A stretch of DNA of 64,000 bases, from IMG/VR virus record IMGVR_UViG_3300032046_000006, positions 41,888-105,887 of that record. One strand, 5' to 3'. How positions within the stretch are numbered: the first letter of the stretch is position 1; each line of letters opens with the position of its first letter. Below are positions 30,646 through 40,787 of the stretch, in pieces. The notes beneath the pieces are model-generated. The model had not been told where the DNA came from and made no database searches. It saw only the letters and a program-made list of their open reading frames with translations. Both the position numbers and the translations under genes were made by a program. This DNA is from a virus.

Positions 30646-30885
30646 ATTTTTATTATTCTTTTTTCTCTTTTTGTTTTTCAATTGTATCTAATGGTATTTC
30701 TAATTTGGTCATTATTTTCGTAGTATTGGTTCTGCAATTTAAGATAACTTTAACTATTTTTTCGAGTTTTAAACTCAATTTTTGATAATCGTTAAGTTTA
30801 TCATCAGCATCAATTTTTTTGAAATCATCCCAAATGCCTTGAGCTGGAATCATTATCTTACCTCCTTTTGTTAAATTTTTATTTA

Positions 30886-30981
30886 TTATTTTTTTCCGTA
30901 TGTCTGGTAAATTAACATTCCCCCTCCGCCCACTATTACTCCTATCACGAAAGCTACTATCTCCTTGAGTAGAACTATCAT
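30886..30981 (-). CDS. 31-aa membrane peptide nested out of frame in ORF 30653..31042
   Basis: AAAGGAG RBS; MIVLLKEIVAFVIGVIVGGGGMLIYQTYGKK. Confidence 0.55.
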   Translation of the reverse strand: MIVLLKEIVAFVIGVIVGGGGMLIYQTYGKK

Positions 30982-31486
30982 TTTTTTCTCCTTTCTTTAA
31001 TTTTTCCGATATTTGATTTAACTGTTCTTTCCAATTAGACATTATTTATATCCTTCCATTTTTCTATTACAAAATGGACATATGTAACCTGCACAACCAT
31101 TAATGGAAGGAAAATTAAATCTCCCATGACAATCGGGACATTCATAATTAAATTGCGGAGAAGGATTATAATAAATTGGATAATTTTGATTTGCATGACA
31201 ACAACCGATACAAGTAGGTTGATAACATTCTAAATTAGAAAGATAACACCACATTTTATTCCTCCTATTTAATTATTATATACCATTTCTTTTTAAATCC
31301 CATGCAGTTGTTGTTTTTATTTCGTGCTTCTGGAGAATTTTGCAAAATTTTATATTCATGAATAGCGTCTCTTTCTGTAATAATATTAACTGGGTGATAA
31401 CATAAATAACAAAATTCTCCCATTGCACCTTCGTAACTACTAAGATATTTACAATTTTTACAATAAATTGTCATTTTTATCCTCCT

Positions 31487-32065
31487 TTATAATTTTAATC
31501 CCGCAAGGGCAAGCAAAATCGCATCCGCAATATCCGAACTTTTGATTTCTTCTTCAACAATATTAGATATGAATTTCATAATTTCTTTTTTCTTTTGGTC
31601 AGTTGGGGTTCCTCTTGGCAATACAGAATGAAATCCAACTAATTTACGAGCAACTGTAGGAAGATAAAATTTTATCTCATCAAAAGAATCATAAAGTTCT
31701 GAATAAAAAATGCCTCCAAGACTTCTGAGATACCCAAAAGTTTCTGGACTCATTAAAAGAAAAGATTGTTCTAATACCAAAATAGATGGTGCTTTTATAG
31801 TTATTTGATTTTTATAATCTCTAATTAAATTAAGGGCACTATCCATTGCTTGTTCGTATTTTTCTGATTTTTCCATTTGGTCGGCTATTTTTCTTGGAAT
31901 TGTAGGCAATTTAAAAATAGAATAATCTATGATTGCCTTTTCCCCAAAAGTAGAAATAAGAGCCAAACCGGTAGTTGAAGCAGTATCAACGCCAAGTCCC
32001 ATTACATTCTTACGAAGTTTAAGCCCTAAATTCTTTTCTAATTTTTTAAGAGATAATTTAATCAT
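31487..32065 (-). CDS. RuvC-like resolvase
   Basis: GLGVDTASTTGLA, LVLEQ, DIADAILLA. Confidence 0.75.
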   Translation of the reverse strand: MIKLSLKKLEKNLGLKLRKNVMGLGVDTASTTGLALISTFGEKAIIDYSIFKLPTIPRKIADQMEKSEKYEQAMDSALNLIRDYKNQITIKAPSILVLEQSFLLMSPETFGYLRSLGGIFYSELYDSFDEIKFYLPTVARKLVGFHSVLPRGTPTDQKKKEIMKFISNIVEEEIKSSDIADAILLALAGLKL

Positions 32066-33414
32066 TTTTAGTATTTTTTATTCTTTCTTGTGCAATTTTT
32101 AAATAATCTAATGATAATTCTATGCCAATAAATTTCCTACCTAATAATTTTGCAGCAACTCCAGTTGTGCCACTTCCTAAAAAACAATCTAAAACAGTAT
32201 CTTCTTTTCTACTTCCTAAAGTAATAAGATAAGACATTAATTTTATTGGCTTAACTGTTGGATGGCAATTCTTAGAAGGAGCTTTTTCACTCCCGAATTT
32301 ACCAGAAGCCGAATTAACATCTTCTAAATAATCTCCTATACCACCCCCACCCCCAGTAGTTTGTTTTATTGATAAATTATCCAATCCTTTATTTTTTTCA
32401 CTCTTACTTGCCTTTGGACAAATTAAAAAAGGAAAAGTATTACAATCTTCGGAAATATCATTTTCTTTAGCCCAAGCATCTAAATCAAAATAACGAGAAA
32501 AAGAACCAGAATCATTATAAGTTTGCCCTGCTGGTTTGCCTGTAGATTTTTGCCAAATTCCACCAGAGGCAGATTTATCATCTTTAGATTTATTTGATGT
32601 TCTTTCTTTTCCATCATTTAAAATATCATCAGATACTAATAAATTAGCAGGGAATCTTCCTTTTTCTGAACCAATTTCTACATTATCTTTATATCCATAA
32701 TTTCTTTCTTCTGATGTGGAATTTAAATTTCCTCTTGTTTGCGGTTTATATTTTTTCTCATAAGGAATTCTACAATCATCTAAATTAGTAATTCCTTTGC
32801 CATTTTTTAATGCTTGGTCTATGTAACTTTTTTCTGATAAAGGTTTCATTACTACAATTATTATTTCTACTGCTGGTTTTGGTTGAAAACCACCATAAAA
32901 TCCATCAAGAGTTTTTGCTTCATCAGAAATGGGCAATCCATCTTCAAAAACTCTTGACATACTATTTTCTCCTTCTATATTACAATTATAACAACCAGAA
33001 CCACTATTAGTTGCTTTGCCATCGGTTCTCGTAATACCTGTTCTTTTTAATCCTTTTCTTTTATCTATTGCTTTAGAAATGTTTATTGCTTTAGGAAAAC
33101 CAGTCGCATAACAATAATAAATTGATGTAAATCCTGTTTCAAATCCTGCTTCTTGTAAATTATAAATCATTCTTCCTAATACCTCTTGTCTTGGTGCGGA
33201 CATTATAAAAGCAAATGCTCCTGGTTTCAATACTCTTAAACATTCTTTCCAAGTAGAAGAAGGAATAACTACTTTATCCCAATCCTTACCCATAAAAGAA
33301 TAACCGTCAATATGGTGGGTCAGTACAAATTAAATCAATAGAATTATCTTCTATTTTTTTTAATACTTCTGCACTGTCCCCTAAAAATAATTTGATTTTA
33401 GGTTCTTCCACCAT
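32058..33414 (-). pseudogene. DNA methyltransferase interrupted by 4 extra nt (pseudogene or recoded gene)
   Basis: 33414..33307 encodes GDSAEVLK..CTDPPY-stop; the +1 frame continues GYSFMGKDWD..HPTVKP..DCFLGSGTT. Confidence 0.85.
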
Positions 33415-33882
33415 TTATTCCTCACCTCCTCTATAGAAAGAAGAAATAACCGCTCCGATTTGTTTCATTTGGTCAACAGTAAATCTTCTTCCTCTCGTCA
33501 TATTACATATATGACATGCAATGATTACATTATTTATGTGATGTCCATCTTGATGATTTATTCTATCAAATCCTAAATTTATATTATTGCCACAATAATA
33601 ACATTTACCGGTTTTTAATAATTGACAAAATTCTCTTACATTTAATATTATTGACTTATAATTATGTTTTCTATCAAATGCTTTATATTTATAATATTTT
33701 CTTCTTCTTAAAATATCGTCTACACCATAACCAGTTCCTAATCGCATTGGTGCTACCAAACCTAACATCATACCTTTTTCTTTATGCTTTCTTGAACAAA
33801 ATACATTTTTACTTTTTATATGAGATTTATCTCTATAAAAAATTTTATCACAAATAGCACAGTTACATTTAATTTTAGGCAT
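33415..33882 (-). CDS. HNH endonuclease
   Basis: CYYCG..FDRIN..GH..NNV..CHICN. Confidence 0.8.
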   Translation of the reverse strand: MPKIKCNCAICDKIFYRDKSHIKSKNVFCSRKHKEKGMMLGLVAPMRLGTGYGVDDILRRRKYYKYKAFDRKHNYKSIILNVREFCQLLKTGKCYYCGNNINLGFDRINHQDGHHINNVIIACHICNMTRGRRFTVDQMKQIGAVISSFYRGGEE

Positions 33883-33925
33883 TACAATCTCCTAAATATA
33901 ATTGTATTTGTTTATTAGTATTCAT

Positions 33926-36900
33926 TTATTCCTCATAATAGGCTTTAAGTTCTTTTTTTAATAAATCATCATTCTCATAAACACTTTGTTCATTATTTTT
34001 CGGACATTCTTCTGGATTTTTAGATAAGCATTTACCTTCCTTTTCTTGCCCACATTTATTAAAATCACAAAGATTATCTTCTTCTATAAAATCTTTTTCA
34101 GTAAAAGTAGGTTGAGATTGAATTATTGATTCTTGCTCTTTAACTATTTTTAAAGCGATTTGAGCTTTAGTTTTTCGTTCTTTTTTAGGTTTAGTTATTA
34201 TGCCAATTTTTTCTTTATTCCATTTAAGAGCATCAAAGATTTTTTCGGCAATGTCTAAAATATTCCTTTTAGTCATCATGTCATAATCTATTTCTATTAT
34301 TTGGTTTTGGGTTTCTTCATCATAAGCGAGGACATTTTTTTCTATCATTGTATGGGATTCTTTTAATTCCTTTTTCCCAGTTTCTTTATTTTTACGCATT
34401 TGCTTGGCATGTCTTTCTGATGTGCCAAGTGATTTAACATAACAATAATAAAAAGTCTCTCCAGAATTTTTAGCAAATCCAAACAATTCTTTAGAATAAT
34501 CCAAAGCTCTCAAAAAAATAGGAGGACTTTTATAATCTTGTGCATTATTTATTTTAGAAGGAAATCCGATTTCAATTACAGGAACTTTTATAATCGCTTC
34601 TTTTTGTGAAGCGATAAATTCTATAATCGCTTCTTGAGATTCATTGTTAAGAACCTTTTCTATTAATTCTTCTTGAAACTTTTTCATAAAAATAGAACTA
34701 TTTCGTCTTTTTACTTCCACTCCTTTAATTTCTTTTTTGATTCCTGCTTTTGATTTTAGGTAACCAACATAATGACATAAAGCTACTACTAATAATCTAT
34801 CAAAGATACCCTCACAATCAAAAGAAATATCTAGGTTTGGCTTATTGTATTGTTTTGCCCAATCTTTTACTAAATCATTTAATAAATTAGTAGGGTCTTC
34901 TTTGGCTAATACAAATAAACTATCAGTATCTACATAAGTTACTTTCATTTGTTGTTCCTGTAATTTATTTTCTACAAAATGAAGTAAATCTCTTACTATA
35001 CTGGTAATAGCAGAGGCTATCCGAACATCATATAAACGAAACGCTTTTAAAGCAGTTACCCCGAAGAGACTATTTGTGAGTGCCTTGGTCGCATCATATT
35101 TTATTTGTAAATCTTTTGCGTCTTCACTTTCTGGATTTAAAGATTTTAATTGTTTTTTTAATATGTCTTTTTTGGCGATTAATTTTCTTGCTATAATAGG
35201 TAATAAAGTATTTTGATTTTGTTTAACATAAATAGAATATTTTATTTCATTAGTTTCTCGGTCAGTTATGTCTATTTTTTGTTCATTTTTATTTTCAGTA
35301 AGATTGGAAATATCTAAACAAAAATTAATAATAGTTTGGGGATAAGCACTACTCAAATCAAGTTTATAGACCTGCTCAAATCGGCCAAGTTCGGCTCTTC
35401 TATATGCTCCCTCAAATTCCTTACCTTCTTCTATTATAATATCTTCCGCATATTTTTTTGAAGGAAGAATTATACCGAGTTTTTTTGCTTCAGTTAAAAG
35501 CATTACATCAAGAACTTTTGAATTTCCACTTAATACTATTCGTTCATTATGTCTTATCAAAAAATTATGATATTCGTTTTCTATACACCAAATTTTGCCT
35601 TCATATCGAATTTCTTTTTTAGCGTGATAACGAAATAATTTAAATGGATTTTTTACAATGTTTCCTTCATAATATATTCCTTCATTTTTAATTCTTTTAT
35701 GTGTTCTAACATTCCATCCAGCTAAAATACATAATAATTGAAATTGATTGATTAATTCTTTGCTTTTAGAATAATAACAACCACTATTTCTGGATTGCCA
35801 ATGCCCATCTCCTTTCATCATAGTTTCGATTAATAGTCTTTTTTGTTGAATAGATAATTCAAAAACAAAATTGGGTAATTCTTTCTTATTTCTCAACAAT
35901 TGTTTATATAAAGAAGTATAGACTGCTTTAATACGAAAATTAATACAGTTATTATTTTTATGTATATATTTAGAATATCCTAAATTTTCTTGATTTAATA
36001 ATTCTTCTATTTCATTTGCTTCTTTGCCTTTATTTTGATAAATAGAAATAGCTTTACTACATTTCTCAAAATGCCCTTCAGAAATAATCCATCCAATAAG
36101 TTTAATTTGATTATCTGTTAATTGATTGAATTTTCCTTCATAGCCCTCCGAACCGACAAAAAAATATCTATCATCCCTGTCGGGTATAGAATCTATTGTA
36201 TTTTCTTCTAATTTTAGTGTATTTCGTTCAGGTCTGTTATAAGTCATTAAAAATTTATGATTAGGGGTAACGCAAAAATTAATTCGTTCATTTTGATAAT
36301 TAATCATTTTACCTTTATAATTATAAATAAATAGATTTTTAATATTTGATACTTCTAATTGAAATGTTTTTGGATTCATCGAATAAACTTTATCTGATTT
36401 TTTTATTTCATTATATTTTTTCCAACCATTTTTAGTAAGAATTTCTGTTTGTTCATCAAGACAATTCCATGTAATGTCTTCCCAAACACATTTTCCCATT
36501 CTACGAATTTCATCATAATAAGTTATAATATTTTTTTCTTTTTCAATTCCTACCATATCTTCGATGTCTTCTTTATTTTTTTCCTTAATATCATCAGTAA
36601 TTTGACTAAAATCTACTTTCTTTTTCGGAGGTTTCTTTAAATATTTTTGGGCAATATAATCTAAGGAATAAGATACTTCTTTATTATAAATTTTTTTAAA
36701 CAAATCTAGATAATCTAATATACTAATTCCTGATGGATAGGGAATATCCATTTCTTTTATTCCATAACGATATTTATTTATTGGGGAAATCAATTCGGCT
36801 AAATCTAAATTCCATAATTTTTTTATACGAGCATATAAATAAGGATAATCGAATAAAATAAAATTCCAACCTAATAAAATATCTGGTTGTTCTTCTTTTA

Positions 36901-37414
36901 TATACTTTACAAATTCTTTTAATAATTCATCTTCGGCACATTCTGTTTTATCGATTCCTTCTCTTTTACCAAATTCATAATAATCTTTAATCCAAAAAGT
37001 TTTAATTTCTTTAGATAAAGAATTATAAATACTAATACTTGTTATTGGCTGATTAGGATAAAGATAATCGGGTACTCCTGTTTTTGTTTGAATTTCAATA
37101 TCAATAAAAATATATTTGATAGGGGATTTAATAATTTCTCCTACCTTATCAATTAAATAACGTTTCGGGTATAAAATGTCTGCCTCATAAGAATTTTCAT
37201 CTCTTTTGCGAGCAACTTCTGAAGGTAATTTACAGAATACTTTATTTACTTTTTTCCCATTAATAGTTCTAAAGATTCCTGTAGAAGATTCTTTGAAAAA
37301 ATAAGGCATGAAATTCTTATCCCTAAACTGAGATAATTGACCATCGGGTTGACGATTGAATAGGATTATCTCTCTGCCCGAATTACTGATATTTTGGATT
37401 GGCAAACTTAACAC
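33926..37414 (-). CDS. polB: Family B DNA polymerase with intein
   Basis: FIDIE, GWN..FD.PY, DLSSAYP, KALTNSLFG, YVDTDS, KGVE. Confidence 0.93.
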   Translation of the reverse strand: MLSLPIQNISNSGREIILFNRQPDGQLSQFRDKNFMPYFFKESSTGIFRTINGKKVNKVFCKLPSEVARKRDENSYEADILYPKRYLIDKVGEIIKSPIKYIFIDIEIQTKTGVPDYLYPNQPITSISIYNSLSKEIKTFWIKDYYEFGKREGIDKTECAEDELLKEFVKYIKEEQPDILLGWNFILFDYPYLYARIKKLWNLDLAELISPINKYRYGIKEMDIPYPSGISILDYLDLFKKIYNKEVSYSLDYIAQKYLKKPPKKKVDFSQITDDIKEKNKEDIEDMVGIEKEKNIITYYDEIRRMGKCVWEDITWNCLDEQTEILTKNGWKKYNEIKKSDKVYSMNPKTFQLEVSNIKNLFIYNYKGKMINYQNERINFCVTPNHKFLMTYNRPERNTLKLEENTIDSIPDRDDRYFFVGSEGYEGKFNQLTDNQIKLIGWIISEGHFEKCSKAISIYQNKGKEANEIEELLNQENLGYSKYIHKNNNCINFRIKAVYTSLYKQLLRNKKELPNFVFELSIQQKRLLIETMMKGDGHWQSRNSGCYYSKSKELINQFQLLCILAGWNVRTHKRIKNEGIYYEGNIVKNPFKLFRYHAKKEIRYEGKIWCIENEYHNFLIRHNERIVLSGNSKVLDVMLLTEAKKLGIILPSKKYAEDIIIEEGKEFEGAYRRAELGRFEQVYKLDLSSAYPQTIINFCLDISNLTENKNEQKIDITDRETNEIKYSIYVKQNQNTLLPIIARKLIAKKDILKKQLKSLNPESEDAKDLQIKYDATKALTNSLFGVTALKAFRLYDVRIASAITSIVRDLLHFVENKLQEQQMKVTYVDTDSLFVLAKEDPTNLLNDLVKDWAKQYNKPNLDISFDCEGIFDRLLVVALCHYVGYLKSKAGIKKEIKGVEVKRRNSSIFMKKFQEELIEKVLNNESQEAIIEFIASQKEAIIKVPVIEIGFPSKINNAQDYKSPPIFLRALDYSKELFGFAKNSGETFYYCYVKSLGTSERHAKQMRKNKETGKKELKESHTMIEKNVLAYDEETQNQIIEIDYDMMTKRNILDIAEKIFDALKWNKEKIGIITKPKKERKTKAQIALKIVKEQESIIQSQPTFTEKDFIEEDNLCDFNKCGQEKEGKCLSKNPEECPKNNEQSVYENDDLLKKELKAYYEE
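35522..36463 (-). mobile_element. Intein (314 aa) with LAGLIDADG endonuclease in PolB
   Basis: N|CLDEQTEILTKNGW, VTPNH, LIGWIISEG, MMKGDG, IWCIE, LSGN|S. Confidence 0.88.
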
Positions 37415-38122
37415 AAATAAACTCCTTTGCTAATTTAATCATTTCTTTATATGTAAATAAATTAGATTTAATATAATTACATCTACAACAAGCCAATGCA
37501 ATATTTTTGATAGTATATGGTTTATTATTATTTTTTCTATCTAAAGTTAGTTTATTAGAAATCATGGCTAACTGAGAATATTTTTTAAATTTTAATTGAT
37601 ATTCTTTTATTCCACAATAAACACAAATTTTTTCTTGTTTATTAAACCAATATATGAATTGCTGTTTTGTAATTAAAACTTTTATATTTCTTCTTTTTGC
37701 TCTATAAGTAAAAGACCACCATTTTAATAACGCCTGATGTGAATTTTTATATTTATTTAATATTCTTTTACTTTTTAATGGATGTTTTTTTGCCCATTCT
37801 AAATTTCTTTTATTGCATTCTTTTTTATGAGTTTGATAATAATGAGGAGCTTTCCTTGCCCATCTTTTATCAGATTCTTTTTCCCGCCTTGTCCCTTAGG
37901 CGGTGACGGTGGCGGACTTGATGGTTTTGCATTAACTCCACCCTTCTTCACCGTTCCCTCTTTTATCCTCGTTCTACTGGATCCTTTTGACATTCTCAAC
38001 CTCCTTCCGCATTTACAAATTCGCCGAATTTGTTTAAAATATTCTTTTATTTCTTTTCGATGTTTTTTGTGATATATTCTATCGTATTTTTGTTTATCCT
38101 TTTTTCCTTTTATTGAACTCAT
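37383..38122 (-). pseudogene. HNH endonuclease interrupted by a ~188-nt insert
   Basis: The 37565 frame is open back to about 37895 (CVYCG..LTLDR..CCRCN) but has no start; its N-terminus is at 38122 in another frame. Confidence 0.7.
37842..38029 (-). mobile_element. GC-rich minigene insert with its own RBS
   Basis: About 45-50% GC; AAGGAGG-ATG; KKGGVNAKPSSPPPSPPKGQGG; palindrome at the left junction. Confidence 0.55.
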
Positions 38123-38451
38123 ACTTTAAAAGTTAAAATAAGAACTCTATCATTTTCACTAATACCAAACTTTGCAAATAAATCTTCAATTTCATAATTA
38201 TTAACCATTCCGGTATCAACATGCAACAATCCATTAGGAATAGTTTTAAAATCACAAATATCAATATCTATTAAATTTGCTTCTTTTATTTTTTCATTAT
38301 TCAACAAAACATCAAAATTACTTCCCATTAAATCATTATAATAATGGTATTTTTCTTCTGTATATTTTCTAATAGTTGTAAAAATATTATGATTTAATTT
38401 ATTATTCCAATTATGGGAAAATTTTATTTTATTCATTTTATTCTTTGCCAA
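38119..38451 (-). CDS. ASCH/PUA-like protein
   Basis: IKFS..WN.KL...FTTIR pattern. Confidence 0.45.
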   Translation of the reverse strand: MAKNKMNKIKFSHNWNNKLNHNIFTTIRKYTEEKYHYYNDLMGSNFDVLLNNEKIKEANLIDIDICDFKTIPNGLLHVDTGMVNNYEIEDLFAKFGISENDRVLILTFKV

Positions 38452-39121
38452 TTGTATATATTTTTCCTCTTTTAAGCGAAATTGTTCCCATTTTATACTC
38501 CTTCTTTAATTGTATTCTTCCTATCCAAAAATTAATTTCTTCCCATATACAAACAAATATTCCAACAAATATTATTACTGGCAAAAAAATCAATACTAAT
38601 AAATTAAAAGTATTATTTTTCATTTTCAAATATCCACCAGTTTAAATTTTCTATTTTCATTTTTTAGTTAGACCATTGATAAAATTCATTATATTATCTT
38701 TAATCCACATATCTAACGCATCCAATTCTCTAATTCTATTACATTTATAGCACATTTCAAATAAATGATTTTCATCAAAAATTATTGTTGGTTCTTCACA
38801 ATTACAATAAATCATTATTTATCCTTTCCTTCAAAATGAAAAGTATCGTCATCATTTGCTCTAATGGTTTTGCCTATCCAATTAGATAATGCTTGCCAAA
38901 ATCTTTCATCGGGATGAGCAATACAATAATGAATAAAATCATTTAAAACTGCTATATTTTTAGATGTTTTCATTCTGTTGATTCCTCCTCTATTAATTTC
39001 ATTACATCTGGATAAGGACATTCTGGAACTGGAGGTTCGGTTATCTTTAATATATCAATTCTTAAAAAATGGCATAAGATTTTAGAAAACAAGAATTTTA
39101 TATTTAAAATAAATAAGTTCA

Positions 39122-39697
39122 TTATTCCTCCATAGATTTTCCAAAATCTTTAATATATCTAAAATAAACATACCAATAATCTCTATTAGCATTTGTTTTA
39201 GCATGACATTTTTTACAAAGACAGATTAAATTTTCTTCTTTACAATTCATTTTATCATAATCTATATGATGAGTAGAGTTGCCTGAGTTATTACATAATT
39301 GGCAAATATAATTATATTTTTCTCTAATATGAATTTTTATATATCTCCAATTAGGAGCATAGGGGAAATAAGCAATTCCTCCTTGCCAATTATTATTTTT
39401 ATTTCCTTTTCGAGAAGGAAATTTAAAATATTTACTATTTTGTTTTAACCATTTAATATAACACATTCTACATTTTTTTGCATATATATTTTTTAATCTT
39501 CTACCGCATTTACAATAATATTTAATTCCTTTATAATTAGGATTATTTTTTCCATTATAATTTCTTCTATTTTTCATTCTTTTTATAATACTTATCTCAT
39601 TAGCGTGTTTTTGGCATCGTTTGCTAATAAAACTTATTTCTTCCCCACAATCAATGCAAAAAGATTTATTTTTATACATATTATTCCTCAGATTCAA
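39122..39697 (-). CDS. HNH endonuclease (NUMOD3-like N-terminus)
   Basis: GKNNPNY, NWQGG, CQLC, HHIDYDK.N...NL..LCKKCH. Confidence 0.88.
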   Translation of the reverse strand: MNLRNNMYKNKSFCIDCGEEISFISKRCQKHANEISIIKRMKNRRNYNGKNNPNYKGIKYYCKCGRRLKNIYAKKCRMCYIKWLKQNSKYFKFPSRKGNKNNNWQGGIAYFPYAPNWRYIKIHIREKYNYICQLCNNSGNSTHHIDYDKMNCKEENLICLCKKCHAKTNANRDYWYVYFRYIKDFGKSMEE

Positions 39698-40760
39698 ACT
39701 CTATCCAATCTTTAAATGTTTTTTTAATTTGCTCTTCGGTAGGTTTTTCAAAAGCATACTCATAATAAAAAGGCAAAGTAACTACAGAACTTTCGGGAGC
39801 AGTTCCACTAAGTTTTGTTTTTTCAATTTTTATATTTAAAGGAAATCCAATTATTATTTCTTTTGACTTATCGTTTATTTTAAAACGATATCTAGGGGAA
39901 TCTGCTTTTGCCCCTCTATAGGTTTTAAGTGTTATTGCCGACCAATGTTGAAGAGCATGACCAGAACTAAGAGCATCGAGTTTAATAAAACTACCCAAAT
40001 CTGTTCTTGCTTGCCCTATAAGTAATACTGCCACTTTGCCGGAAGCTACACCAGAAGCAGTCATTCTAAAGAATTGAGATAACTTACGAGCAAGTAAAGC
40101 CATCGTATCATCTGCTACAGACCTTTCCTTGCCTGTTTTAGTTTCTTTTTCGCCTTGCGGACTTAAAGATTGAATAGAATCAAGTACAATTAGCCCCACA
40201 CTTTTTTCATTACATAATTTAATAATCATATCAAATGTTTCTTCGGCATTTTTAGATTTATTAGCTATTAATAAAGTATCTAAATTTACTCCCATTTTAG
40301 TCGACCAAACTTTATTAAATGATTGCTCTAAATCAATATAGAGGGACTGTATTCCTTTTTTCTGTGCTTGAGCAATAACCAAATAAGCAAGAGTAGATTT
40401 TACGGAAGATTTATTCCCCCACAATACCGTAAACATTCCCTCTGTAATCCCCCCACCTATTAAGTCATCTATTTGCTTTATTCCAAAAGGAATTTTGCCT
40501 TTTTCTGGTTCTTCGGAGGCAAAATGAATAACCTCATGTCCAAACTGTTTAGTCAAATTATTTACCGTTCTCTTTAGATTTGGATTTATATTTTCTTCTT
40601 TTTTATTATCTTCTTTACGTTCTTCTAATAATTTCTTATCTAAAGGTTCTAATTTTCCTTCTTTGGCTTCTTGTAATCCTTTTTCTACTAATTTTTTAGA
40701 TTCTTTTGATAAGGGAATTTGTTTCTTATTTTTTGACCCTTTAGGTCTTCCTCTTGGCAT
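39681..40760 (-). CDS. recA: RecA-like recombinase with N-terminal AT-hook
   Basis: LIGGGI, GNKSSVKST, YIDLE, VLDSI, ARKLSQ, SGHAL; RGRPKGSKNK. Confidence 0.88.
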   Translation of the reverse strand: MPRGRPKGSKNKKQIPLSKESKKLVEKGLQEAKEGKLEPLDKKLLEERKEDNKKEENINPNLKRTVNNLTKQFGHEVIHFASEEPEKGKIPFGIKQIDDLIGGGITEGMFTVLWGNKSSVKSTLAYLVIAQAQKKGIQSLYIDLEQSFNKVWSTKMGVNLDTLLIANKSKNAEETFDMIIKLCNEKSVGLIVLDSIQSLSPQGEKETKTGKERSVADDTMALLARKLSQFFRMTASGVASGKVAVLLIGQARTDLGSFIKLDALSSGHALQHWSAITLKTYRGAKADSPRYRFKINDKSKEIIIGFPLNIKIEKTKLSGTAPESSVVTLPFYYEYAFEKPTEEQIKKTFKDWIEFESEE

Positions 40761-40787
40761 TTTTAATCTCCTTTAATTTAATCCATT

